Of a stretch of 64,000 nucleotides of DNA, positions 1 through 12,759 are shown piece by piece. A program made the translations under genes and the position numbers. Location: the NCBI GenBank assembly GCA_951406725.2, contig OX597832.1, positions 16,120,001 through 16,184,000 on the forward strand, in the 5' to 3' direction. The DNA comes from Octopus vulgaris. Taxonomy: Eukaryota. Below the pieces are notes generated by a model. That model saw only the letters and a program-made list of their open reading frames with translations, was not told where the DNA came from and searched no databases. Position 1 is the stretch's first letter. Each line of letters begins with the position of its first letter.

Positions 1-569
1 GCGATATTCCAGAAAAATTAGAGTAACTTCTTGGTGAGCCGTCCGTCCTTAACTATGCTAAGATGACATTTGGGATCTTACATAGTATAAAATTGTACTA
101 CGTGTGTAATAGATTAATTCTATATTAAATTAAAGATAAATTACTTCCTAAGCATGACAAAAAATATATTTCACAAGCTCTAATGCAAGTGTTGTATGTT
201 TGTCATCACCTTTGTGTCCCACTTAAACGGTCGTCTTTTTTGCTGTTGTACAACTTACGATTAATGTGCATCGACATGCATTATTTTGAACTAAAAGAAT
301 GATACAGTTCTATAAATATAAATAATGTAAATAATGTTAATAAAGAAGATGAACAAAAATGATTGCATTTGTATTCATGTTTCTAAACATTTGAAACTAA
401 AATGATGACCGACAATTTTACTCAGAAATAGAGAAACAATTTTCTATGAAATGAATTGGAAATATGTTAGTTGACTGCGATAAGTGCCAATCCTGGAAAA
501 GGACACTATATCCAACGCAACTGAATTTCTCGTTCTGTATGTATTTGATCCGAGCGACCCTTTTTAATA

Positions 570-1489
570 TACATAATATGATCAATATGTATTGCGTGTG
601 ATGCCGTATATGTAGGAGCACTCCGTCGGTTGCGACGACCAGGGTCCCAGCTGATGCGATCAACGGAACAGCTTGCTAGTGAAATTAACGTGTAAGTGGT
701 TGAGCACTCCACAAACACGTGTACCCTTAACGTAGTACTCGGGGAGATTCAGCGTGACATATTGTGCGACAAGGCTGGTCCTTTGAAATACAGGTACTAC
801 TCATTTATGCCAGCTCAGTGGACTGGAGCAACGTGAAATAAAGTGTCTTGCTCAAGGAAACAACGCACCGCCGGAAATTGAAATCACGATCTTACGATCA
901 TGTGACGAACGCCCCTAACCTCTAAGCCACGCGCTTTTACATGTTACCGTAGTAACGAAGCTAAAGCACACAAATAAACCTGTTTGACCCAGATTTACCT
1001 TGAACTCTGCTCTGCATGCACACTAAGTTCCAACGTTCTAACTCACATCCACCTTTTACAACAGTACTTGGAAGGGAGGTGTATAGCGCGTGACCGTCAC
1101 ATTAAATATAACACAGTTGGACACAGAATATGCATCAATGTTTGCCAAAACCTTGGCGATACCTGCTCAGAGGCCTATGCAAAGTTCTCAAAAAGTCTTC
1201 ATCGACAGAATCAACATCTTGTGAAAACTGAAACGTAAGTGTCTTTTTAGTTTGGTGAAAGGAGTATCGAGAAAAATTTCGCAGACACGTGTTTCATACT
1301 CAAATCTTCTGTGATAATCGACTTAAGTTAACTGAACTGTTACTAATATGCACATCCTCTGATAGCTTACATATGGTGATTCAACGATTTAGTCTGCGAT
1401 GTTTATCTTAGTTCTTCTTGCTTCGTCAATATCGTGTTTTAGTACGGTGCTATAGCAACAGTCCAGATACTTATTGATCAGGTCTCGGA
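570..1489 (+). mobile_element. Internally deleted mariner-type DNA transposon interrupted by a SINE
   Basis: Degenerate TIRs at 570-608 (tacataatatgatcaatatgtattgcgtgtgatgccgta) and 1451-1489 (revcomp tccgagacctgatcaataagtatctggactgttgctata) align without gaps. About 1120-1195 encodes HRICINVCQNLGDTCSEAYAKF, resembling the mariner transposase N-terminus (QRxxIKFCxxLGxTxxET). Confidence 0.55.
612..940 (-). mobile_element. tRNA-derived SINE, family A (CORE-like)
   Basis: The minus strand starts with a tRNA-like head (gcgcgtggcttagaggttagggg...gatttcaatttcc), followed by CORE-like tttccttgagcaagacacttt. A close paralog lies at 48454-48781. Degenerate TSD tgatgccgta/tgttaccgta. Confidence 0.85.
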
Positions 1490-2269
1490 TTTTACAAATG
1501 ATATTTTCGTGGCCACTAATTAATTAGCTTCATTCCATGAAGACAACTCTATCCCAGTTCAAATTGAAAACGGTTATGTTCAGTCGCTGTTTCGATAGAG
1601 ATATAAGAAATATAAATTCATCGTATGTATATGCGCTAAAATGTGTGATTCTAGAATTATTTTTCTTGGAATTGAAGACGAAGGAACTACGATAACATGG
1701 GCCTGATTTTGCCGGAACTGATTTTTAAACATCATCTCTACGTGTATATTCTGCATGAGTAAACCATCAGGGGCAATTCAAGTTGTTATAGCGTTGGTTT
1801 ATCCATTAAGTATTGCCATTATATCTCACATCGAATTTGAAGATTCTAAAGAAAATTCATCGATTAGGGCTATTTTTTTTTTTACTTTATATATTACAGG
1901 AAGAGCTAATTGTCTGGGCATTTACGTCATTTACGTATGTGTGTGATCATTTAATTCCCGGGTATTACCTTTATGATTATAGGTATGATATCAATTGTAC
2001 ACACACACACTCACACACACATATGTATATATATATGTATATATATATGTATATATATATTTATATATATATATACATATATATAAATATTTTTAGCTTC
2101 CGTTTTGAGGCTATGCTTGAAGATGCCCAAAGTTTCACGCAATGGGACTGGACCTGGAAACATGAGGTTGGGAAGCAAGCTATTCACCTCACAGTCACGC
2201 GTACGTGTATGTATTATATATACACATGCATATATACATGTATATATATATACACACATACAAATATAC

Positions 2270-2491
<222 letters not shown>

Positions 2492-2517
2492 TGAAAAGGA
2501 ACACACAAGTTGATACA

Positions 2518-2778
2518 TATGGAAACAAAAGTGAAGGTTGAAAATGCTAAAATAATTTTAAAAGAAGTATTTCAGTAGCGATTTCAGTCATTGAGACTAT
2601 TTCAACTTACATATATACATATATACATGTGTTTGTGTGTGTGTTTATGTGTGCAATTGAAACCATACCTATAATTATAAAGTTGAAAAAAGTTGAAAAA
2701 GTCTCAATGACAGAAAACGATACTGAAATGTTTTTTTCTAAAATTATTTTAGCATGTTCTACGTTGACTTTTTCCATA
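2518..2778. repeat. Long inverted repeat (MITE/foldback-like), arms about 90 bp
   Basis: 2518-2608 is an imperfect reverse complement of 2690-2778; for example tgctaaaataatttta and gtcattgagact are shared. Confidence 0.75.
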
Positions 2779-3568
2779 CACACACAAACACACACAAACA
2801 CACACAAACACACACACACACACACATACACACACATAAATATATATATAATGTCATGTTGAAGGGCAGAGATTAGTTGTCACACTGTTGCACTCATGGT
2901 CATAAAAAATGTGTTTTCGCTATCCAGACCGCGTTATGCTTTGTGTTCTTTAGAAGACTATTTCAATTCCCGTTGCTCCAGTCAGCTTAGCCTGAAAAAA
3001 GTGCGTAATTCTTCAACGCACCGGTTTGCTGTTTAGTGGATTGGGGCGAATATATACACCACACCACAAAATCCGGAAAATCAGTCGTATGTGGATATGC
3101 ATCGGGGAGGACCATTGATTTTGCTATAAATTTCGCCTCGTATGTCGGATAGAAATGCTACGAATTGCTGTAAAATCTCACTTCGAGTAATTATATTCAG
3201 TCGCCAAAATTGCATGTATTCTAGATGAAACACTTTTTGATATCATGAACTATATTAATAAATCTAATCCATTGAAGTTGTTCACTCGCATGACCAACGA
3301 AATTTGTATCTGCTTTCATCCACACAGCATACACACACACATATATGTATATATTTTAACTCCTCGCTTCTTCTCGCTAACACTCCCTCTTCCTCTCTGT
3401 ATATCTCTGTGTCTGTCTATTCATCTATACATCTATCTATATATCTATCTACGTATCGATCTATCTATCTGAGGGTTTATTTTGCTTATATTCACAAATA
3501 CGTAAGTATGCACAGCACCTACATGTTGCGCACGCGTACATATGCACAGACCCATTCTCACTCCCATT

Positions 3569-3572
<4 letters not shown>

Positions 3573-3623
<51 letters not shown>

Positions 3624-3638
3624 AATGAAGTAAACGTA

Positions 3639-3688
<50 letters not shown>

Positions 3689-3689
3689 A

Positions 3690-3765
<76 letters not shown>
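3573..3765. repeat. (TA)n microsatellite cluster
   Basis: Read directly. Confidence 0.95.
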
Positions 3766-3769
<4 letters not shown>

Positions 3770-4111
3770 CATATTTGTCTTTTTATTTGCGTTACACGCT
3801 TACTTTAATAATGATATAGTATATAGCAAAGTAAAAAGAAAATACATACAGAAATGGAAACATAACTTAATAACTAAAACCTTATTGAATACTACACGAT
3901 ATATATATATGTGTGTGTGTGTGTGCTTATAAATGAGTGAGTGTGTGTGTGTATGTGAGTATGTGAGTGAGTGAGTGAGTGAGTGTATTTACGTATGTGT
4001 GTAATAAAATAACGGAGAGGCCTGCACAGATTTGTTACTGGTTTGATTATACATATTGCACTTCAGTAGGATTTCGGTAGCATTATAAATTCAATATCAG
4101 AATGGATGTTG

Positions 4112-4253
4112 AGGCGGCGTGCTGGCAGAGACGTTAGCACACCGGGCGAAATGCTTAGCCGTACTTCGTCTGCCGTTAATTTCTGAGTTCAAATTCTGCC
4201 GCGGTCGATTTGCCTTTTATTCTTTCGGGGCGATACATTTTGTACCAGTTACG
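4112..4253 (+). mobile_element. tRNA-derived SINE, family B, 3'-truncated
   Basis: Head ggcggcgtgctggcagag, B-box-like gagttcaaattc and central gtcgatttgccttttattctttcgggg match the fuller copies at 38736, 41491 and 63303. Confidence 0.8.
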
Positions 4254-4307
4254 AAGACAGGTGTATGAACAACAAATAGGTGTATTAGTATGACGCTGGG
4301 GAATGTG

Positions 4308-4367
<60 letters not shown>

Positions 4368-4877
4368 CTATGTATGCATGCACATATATATATATATATA
4401 TATGTGTCTATGTATGTATGTGTATATATATATATATAGAGAGAGAGAGAGAAGGAGTGAAAGAGAGAGAGGTGTTGATAGAGAGAGTCAGAGAGATATA
4501 GAGAAAGGTATTGAGAGATAGATAGATAGATATATATAGATGTTATAAATGGAATTTGGGAAGAGACTATTACGTAATGCGATAAACGTTATGTATGAGA
4601 TAAATATAGTTTCAAGTGAGATACATCACGAAAAAACTCAGTTTTCTTTTGAATTTGACGCCGAAATTATATTGGACATAATTTGCCAGCACAGTAATAT
4701 TCCACACACATACACACACACACACACACGCAGGCACATGTACATGTCCATATATATATACATATACATATGTATATATATATATATATATACATATATC
4801 AACGTACTGATATGATTGATCGTTAAATCCACAATTTAAAAAAAAAATTCCTCCCTGCTTATTTCCTCATATTTCTT

Positions 4878-5010
4878 GTAGTTAAAGAGCGTCTGCTAGA
4901 AACGCGAAATCCTATATCACTTTCTAGAGTGTCAAACTAATATACATATACCTGCTTGTTTTTCATACACCCGTTTTCGTCTTTAGTTTTTTCTGCATAT
5001 TTCAACTGAA
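4878..5010 (+). mobile_element. Degenerate copy of the PLE-terminal repeat seen at 23900-24095
   Basis: gttaaagagcgtctgctagaaacg...ttcgtctttagtttttt is colinear with gttgaagagcgtagactcgaaacg...ttcgccttttgtttattt. The ribozyme core is decayed. Confidence 0.45.
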
Positions 5011-5932
5011 TATATATATATATACACACTCACACGCTCACACCTATTTGCATGTATACATGAATAGACCCCTGAATAGAAAAAAATACAAATACATAGA
5101 TCTCAAAGGACTATCATAAAGATATATGATAATATTCCACTTTGAAACAGAAGTACATACATATTAAACTCCAACATAGCTGCATATAATTTATGTTGGC
5201 ATTAACCGTAATTCTCTACCAATTTAAGGATATTTTCAAAAATTTATATTTTTCATCATATTATTTCTTTATTTTAATGTCTCTTAAATACCCCCTTTTG
5301 TAAATTACATTGCACAGCCCAATTTGCCTCGTGTTCCATGTAAGTTGTGACATATTCGTCATTTTCCCTACATATGGTTCGCTCTAATTTTTTTTACTTC
5401 TATTACTCTCTCTCGTTAATTTCCCTGTTCATCTTATATTATCGCATTATATGAGGCTTCCATTAAGTGTACTGATGTATATTTGAAATGGCATTCTTAG
5501 AAAATGTCTAAGGAATATATACATCAAGTAATGCTACTCCAAACAATATTTTTAAAAAAATTTAAAAACCGCTCTTCAGAATACACGAGATATATATTTC
5601 ATACTTATCGTAATGTGTTGCTGTTTTTACACTTAAACGCGGTTTCTTCATATTTTACACTAACTAACAAAATTTGCTTGACCGTAATTGAAACTATTGT
5701 ATCGTAGGATACGACAATGATTTTTATTGATTCTTAGGACAATATTGATTTTGTATTTTCGATATTGCTAAAAGAGCCACCAAGAATGTACACTTGACAA
5801 TAATTTAATTCTTCCTGTTTAATTCCGACAAATTTATAACGATAATGTTTGCAAGAAAACACGGTGACTATAATATTAATAACAATATAAATAGTAATAA
5901 TTATGTGTATATACATATATGCACACACACAC

Positions 5933-5973
<41 letters not shown>

Positions 5974-6020
5974 CATATGTATGTATATATATATATATAT
6001 ATATGAATATATATACACAC

Positions 6021-6069
<49 letters not shown>

Positions 6070-6109
6070 TAGTTATTATAGAGTGAGAGAGGAGCACATG
6101 CTATCTACG

Positions 6110-6525
6110 TGACACTATGTTACAAATATACGAAACCCAGTATACACATCATGTTTACTCGACTGATAAGGTCACACCAGTCTCAAGCGTCACAACCATA
6201 CGTACGCTACATGGTGAAACATCGCATGACCTTTCAGCTGGGACCCAATTAGAAATTTATTCACCTCGAGTAGCCCATCTCATTCAAAAGGTCCCTTAAT
6301 ATATATCGTTTAATGTTGTCGAATGAAACATCCACGTTTTCAGGCATGAATTATTGAAATCGCAAATAAATCCTTCAAACGTAAGGCTATGATTCTTCTC
6401 CACTACTTCTGATCGTGATTATAGATGTATATATTGACAGCCACCTAGGGCCGTGCTTAACTAGTTAAGGTCAAGCAACGGACAAATATATCTGCGGTAA
6501 TGAGCAGAACAATTGATGTAACACG
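6110..6525. mobile_element. Probable interspersed repeat of unknown class
   Basis: Complex sequence between microsatellites that resembles a high-copy octopus repeat I recall. Only one copy occurs here, so it is not verifiable within the window. Confidence 0.35.
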
Positions 6526-7589
6526 TCACTATCGTTATTATTAAAATTATTATTATCATTATTATCATTATTATTATTATCATCTTGATCATCATCATTA
6601 TTATTATTATTATTATTTGTTGTAGTAGTAGTAGAGTTAACAATAAAGAAGTGATTACTGATAGATGCAATACATTTTTAATTAGTTGAGTGTTTATGGT
6701 ATGAGAAATATGAATCATTATGCAGGTTAAGAGTAATATCCAAAATGCTTAAGCTCATGTTTCGGAAAAAAAATTAACTTAGCTATTCTTAGTAATTTTT
6801 GGTTAGAAGTATTTTGAAGATATAGTAGACAATCATCACGCTATAGACCTCCGTTGATGTTTCGAAATTGGTCAGTTATCTCATAAACGATATATATACC
6901 GAACATATTTTGCTGAATCAGAACTTCCCATCATGATATCAAAATTGTCGGGTGTATATGTAAGAACCCAGAGCTTGTTATTAAATTTAATAGTAGTATT
7001 TTTTCTGGCGGCTAACAAGACGTTATTTTCATCCCTGATGACACCTGCTTTGCTGTGAGTGAGCCATAGTGCCTTCTTAAGTACGATCGCGTTGATCGAG
7101 GAATAGAAACTAGAAATGTCAAACTGGATAAACCTAGTGGACTTCTTGTTATTAATGGAACTAAACCAGTCGATAACTTGGAACGAAGTAGACCATAAAT
7201 GAAGCTTTATCTTTTTTTTAACTAAGGTAGGGATATATTTATATTGTTTATTATACTTTCAAAATGCTTCTAACCAAAAATTATAAAGGTTTAAACATAG
7301 GTTAGTTAATTTTTTTTTTTCCGAAACATGCTCAGGATAGAAGTGATATAAGGTTTGATAGCTTTCCCACCATTAATCAGCGGCATTATAGCATTTGAGA
7401 AGGAAATCGTTTATGCAGTTAACTTAAAGTGATATCATTGAAAGCTATCTAAATCTTTCTATAGTTATCCTAACGCTTGGATTATAAAAAAATGACATTT
7501 GCCCAATCAGTATGTTTCTTTCATTTTGATGTTCGTGAAATGTACAATACATGAAAGCCTTCATGCTCCCCTTCTGAATGGCTATGGAT

Positions 7590-8260
7590 CTGTTTAATGT
7601 TGTTTTCTCTTAAAGAATCCAAAAGCAAACATAGAATTATGAGACAGTAAAGAACCTGTATGTTTCTTTTCGATGAAAAAATGGCGATATATTATTCATA
7701 TGAAATGATAAGCAAAAAACTTTCTTATATAACTCTAAGGAACACTTTCATTTAAATTCAAGTATTATGGAGAGCGTTTTTGAAATTCATCTCCTGGTTC
7801 ATTGTGAAAAGAAGATATACACCAACTTATTGAATATCACTTTGAATTCACAGGGACCATCGAGAAATTAACAATAAATTTTAATATGTACTAAGTGATT
7901 TATTGGATTCATCACGCTCTATTGTCGTGTTGAGTGAAGTTTCTTACTAGGTATGAAATTTTTATAATGGTGAATTTGTGCCAAACATTAAGAATTGGGC
8001 AAAAAATGTTGTCACATAGCTGTATTCATTTCAGGTGCATTTCTCTTTGCATGTTCTCTCACTTCATTTTGTGCATGATTTCGTTCAAGGTTTAAGAAAA
8101 AAAGTTTTTTTTTATTGCCTGTAAGGTTAGTGGTAAGGTCTTCTTGTCTATTCGTTTTCTTGTATTTTGTGCTGAGTATGTTGTTCTTGCTCCAATAGCT
8201 CTATTTCTACAAGAACCTGATTGAAGGAATAATCTCTTATAATAATTCAATTATAATGAT
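7590..8260 (-). pseudogene. Possible highly decayed Penelope-like linker and GIY-YIG region
   Basis: Minus-strand fragments in PLE order: IKISYL (cf. LKLPYL), NKLVYIF (cf. NVVY), NESVP (cf. EHVP), FFKRKTTLN (cf. IxxxKPxLN). It lies just downstream of the HHR repeat at 8281-8418. Many stops and frameshifts. Confidence 0.3.
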
Positions 8261-8280
8261 ATTTGAATGTATACAATAGA

Positions 8281-8418
8281 AGCGTGGTAAGTGTTTATAA
8301 GCCATTTAAGAGACACACAAAACCGTTAGATTCACTTCAACATTTAAATTTAATTTGTCAAAATATTTTCGTTGCTTTGAGACCGCGACCTGTTCACAGA
8401 CAAAACTTCGTGCTGCAT
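8281..8418 (-). mobile_element. Dispersed repeat carrying a G3-C8 hammerhead (copy 1)
   Basis: Imperfect reverse complement of 46579-46712 over about 135 bp. Confidence 0.85.
8354..8404 (-). ncRNA. Minimal type-I hammerhead ribozyme, G3-C8 variant, slightly decayed
   Basis: Minus strand reads UUUGUCU-GUGAACA-G-GUCGC-ggucucaaa-GCAAC-GAAA-AUAUUU-UGACAAA, with one mismatch each in stems I and II. Confidence 0.6.
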
Positions 8419-9007
8419 CTCTATACACTTTCGTATAATATAGTTACATAGACATTCGAGTCTGTTTTTATTAAGTTTTTGAATAACTATGTAATTCTTG
8501 TTATGTATGAACGCTATACGGTCGTGAATTATTTTCCAACGAAAAAATTATGTCGCTTCAAAAAAGGCCGAAACGTTTTCAATTCATTAGTTCTTTGCAC
8601 ATCTAACTTTCAGATATTATTTGTATTAATCGTTGTCATATTTTATTTTATGTTTAGAGTTTGTTTGATTTTTTTTTTAAATTGTCAATTTAATGAGCTT
8701 GTGAAGATGATCTTAAATTATCTGACTAACACATGCAACTACAGACCATCATCAAATGATCTTTTTAGTTTTAGCATTTTCTGTAATCTCATTAGATATT
8801 TCAACAAATGAAAAAGGGTTGTGACTTTATTGTGTCAGCCTCACGTTATATTCCTGAATAAATATGTCCCTCAGGATGGCTGCTCTGTGCATAAAAATGC
8901 TATGCTCTCTTTGTGACAAATTACTCGTTGCCTGTCTCCAAATATGACATTTTAGATTCGGTGTTTGGTTTAAGGAGATATTACCGGCGTTTGTTTTATA
9001 GGAATAC

Positions 9008-9396
9008 TTGTTGTTTTTGTTGTTGTTGTTGTTGTTGTTGTTGTTCTTCTTCTTCTTCTTCTTCTTCTTCTTCTTCTTCTTCTTCTTCTTCTTCTTCTTC
9101 TTCTTTTTCTTCTTCTTGAGTTTGTTTTTCTCATTTTACTACAGTTGCCGATCCCCTTCTACCATCTTTCCCTCCGCTTCTTCATCTTCTTCTTCTTCTT
9201 CTTCTTCTTCTTCTTCTTCTTCTTCTTCTTCTTCTTCTTCATATTCTTCTTCTTCTTCTTCTTCTTCTTCTTCTTCTTCTCCTTCTTCTTTTTCGTCTTC
9301 TTCTTCGTCTTCTTCTTCCTCCTCCTCCTCCTCCTCCTCCTCCTACTACTACTACTACTACTACTAATACTAATACTACTTCTACTGCTGCTGCTG

Positions 9397-9450
<54 letters not shown>
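9008..9450. repeat. Compound trinucleotide microsatellite (TTG/TTC/TCC/TAC/TGC)
   Basis: Read directly. Confidence 0.95.
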
Positions 9451-9453
<3 letters not shown>

Positions 9454-10079
9454 TTGATGTTGCTCCTGCTCCCTCTTCTTTTTTTTCTCCTTTTATACTC
9501 TTTACATCTTTTCTCCGTTTTATTGTCATTATCGTATTCTCGCTGTACCGACGTACAAATTTACTGTCATCAGTGCCCTTACGGTTTCAAACACTAATAT
9601 TGATCCAATGGTGTAGATAACAATCAGAGTACATTCGCTGAAGAAAAAAAAAACATTATCCGGAACTATTAAATATGCATCATGACTCACAATCTTGCAT
9701 CACACTCTGGGCAAATTATATCATTGAAATAGAACTGGTCCATAAAAAGAGGCTAAAACTAATTTATACTAAAATAGATAAGCTTACTCACGTGATAAAA
9801 GGATAAACAACCTACGCGTTAGCCTCTGTAAATCTAAGCTTTTCGCTTACCGATTATCCGCTCAAATTATGACATATTTTAGTAAAAAAGGGATTCCTTA
9901 ATCTTATCAAAATTGTTAATCATGTCTCCCGTATATATACCGAATAAAATGATGCCGTCAATGCTGATATTATTATTCATATTAGTAGTAGGTTAATAAT
10001 ATTCAATTCTACTTTACGATAAAGCCCTAAAACTACTTGGAAGGGGATTTGTGGATTATGTGGATTATGTGGAATCCAT

Positions 10080-10205
10080 CGCTCCGGGACAAAATGCTTA
10101 ATAGCATTTATTTTCTGAGTTCAAGTCTCGCTGTGGTTGATTTTGTGTTACATAATTCCGGGTTAATAAAATAATTACCAGTCGAGCATTTGTGTTGATG
10201 TAATG
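10080..10205 (+). mobile_element. Degenerate SINE family B copy
   Basis: ccgggacaaaatgcttaatagcatt...ctgagttcaagtctcgc...ttaataaaataattaccagt is colinear with family B. Confidence 0.5.
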
Positions 10206-10577
10206 GATGGAAATCTTGCCTCACAGTTGCTAGCCTTGTGCCACAATAAAAACCAATATTAATAGAATCCTAGTCGACCTGCTAATGTATCGTTACAAAC
10301 ATAATACTTAGTGACATTTTTTACGTCTTTATGCTGTGAGTTGAAAGGTGAACTTTAACTCTCTTTCTTTTAGGCTCGAAAAAATAAACACTAGTCTAAT
10401 GTTGGCAGAATATTTAACACGCTCTAGAAAGTTCAATATCAGCATTTCGTTCAGCCGAAGTCGATGTTGCCGCTCATAATTTCGGAGCTCATAAAATGAG
10501 CAGTAGTTTAATTTTGGGCTCGATGTAATCTAATTACCTTTTCTTTCATAATAGCAGGACTTGTAAATATAATAGAA

Positions 10578-10579
10578 TG

Positions 10580-10661
<82 letters not shown>

Positions 10662-10671
10662 ACTACTACAG

Positions 10672-10711
<40 letters not shown>

Positions 10712-10722
10712 TACTACTACTA
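10578..10722. repeat. (TAC)n(TGC)n(TAC)n microsatellite
   Basis: Read directly. Confidence 0.95.
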
Positions 10723-11970
10723 TTTTGCGTATGTTCATTGTTTGTGGTTTTCACCTTAACATATATATGTATGTATGTATATCATACATACTTATATATT
10801 ACATACTGTTAACATTAATAATTATTAAATTCTTTACTTTTATTTCTTGCTTAAGTCTTTTTATACGAATATAAGTGGAGATTATTACACATTTTTTTCC
10901 CTGGAAATATCTAACTACATGCGTTATGTACTGTATTGAAATCATTTTCACGTTTGCTTCTTGTAACATATCTCATTTAATGGAATATTGAAATTCTTCC
11001 CTATATTTATCAGTGATATGCTCAGACTAATACAATTATTAATAATTCCATTTGTTGCGCTTAACGTTAATTTCCTCGAAGTATTTCATACAGTTAGAAT
11101 AAATATAGTATTCGCTTTAATATCATATAATTATTACTCGAATACATCACTGATGCGCCTAGTATGTGCGTCGACGGATTCGTTTGTAAAGTGTTCCTAA
11201 TAACAATGTGTCTATCAATAATTTATGCAAGCATTGGTAAATGCATCGTCATTCAAACACTTCTAATTAATACTTGCTACACAGTTTTAATTTAATAAAA
11301 CATATTTTTGAACCAATGGTATAGATATGATGTAGCGAAGTTGGATATAAATATTTGATGCATTTAGAAATACCTGATTTTATCACTACCGATTCATATA
11401 TAATATTTGTAATCAGGGATAATGATATGAAATTATATATATGATTGAAAAATGATAGCGAGAAATGTCCGCGTCCAAACGTACAATCTGTATGTAAATC
11501 TCAACGTTTTCCACAATACACCTGCTTTCATGCAGTATTGATTATTTCCAGTTGCTATAATATTTCCATATTATAGTAACAGGGGTGATAACTAGTCATC
11601 GTTATAGAGCAGATACTAGCGTTTCAAAATCAGGAAAATTGTCGAGATATCTCTATTTTTTGTATTCGATCATCTAGATTCATTAGAAGTAACTTTGAGC
11701 CAACACAACAAATCATTACTTTAAATCTACTATTGGTCTATTGCACAAAAATCGGTTAGCCTCAGTGCAAACAAGACGTTGGTGTTTTGGATGGGAATGC
11801 AATATTTAGAGTATATACTTTGTATTCTTCTTGATATTTGCACGTCCCCCATGCTTTCGATTCTGTTGTCGGCAGACAAATATCTGAAATTTAAGGGCGA
11901 GTAAATATTTTATAGAAGAAGTGTGTGTGTGTTGAATTTCTATTTTCTTTCTTCTATTTTATTTTTTTAA

Positions 11971-12141
11971 TTATTTCAATCATTTGGCTACGGCCATGCT
12001 GGAGCAGCGTCTTTAATCGACCCCAGGACTTACTTTCTGTAAGCCTATATCTTATTCTATCCGTCGTTTTTGCCGAACCGCTACGTTACGGGTCGTAAGC
12101 ACAACAACATTGGTGGTCAATGATGTTGCTGGGACAAACAA

Positions 12142-12214
<73 letters not shown>

Positions 12215-12385
12215 TACATATATACGACGGGCTTCTTTCAGTTTCCGTCTACCAATCCACTCACATGGCTTTGGTCAGCCCAAAGCTATAGTGGAAAACA
12301 CTTGCCCAAGGTGCGACTCAGTGGGACTGAACCCAGAACCATGTGGCTGGTAAGCACCGTACTTACCACACAGCCACTCCTGCGC
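11971..12385 (-). mobile_element. tRNA-derived SINE, family C (CORE-like, internal microsatellite)
   Basis: Minus-strand head gcgcaggagtggctgtgtggtaag...gggttcagtccc, CORE-like caccttgggcaagtgt, an internal TA/TG tract and tail gctccagcatggccg. Paralogs at 39133, 52477 and 53140. Confidence 0.9.
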
Positions 12386-12468
12386 GCGCGCGTGTGTACA
12401 CAAGGATAGATAAAGTGTAGGACAGAAAGAACATAAGCGGAAAAAACAGACGAAAGCATACCAAAAGT

Positions 12469-12578
12469 CAAACAGGACAAAAACAAGAGACATGGATCAT
12501 TGGCATCCGACTTCTTCTTAAGTCGGTGTCCGTAAATCGGCTGCGACTGACCCCCGTATCTTGCTTTTGTCCTGTTTG
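12469..12578. repeat. Nested inverted repeat
   Basis: caaacaggacaaaaacaaga (12469-12488) pairs with tcttgcttttgtcctgtttg (12559-12578). Inner hairpin ccgactt/aagtcgg at about 12507-12526. Confidence 0.65.
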
Positions 12579-12759
12579 GTATTTGTTATTTTATCATCTA
12601 TTTTGCCGCATTTTGTTGACTGATATGTCAATTAAATATTTTAATGGCACGCATTTTATTGACTTCCGTTAGTTGTGTTCTTTCTGTTCTAGCCTTGATT
12701 TATTTACGTAGCGAACTGTACAACCTGCTGTTTGTGTTGTTAAATCCCTGAATAATATG

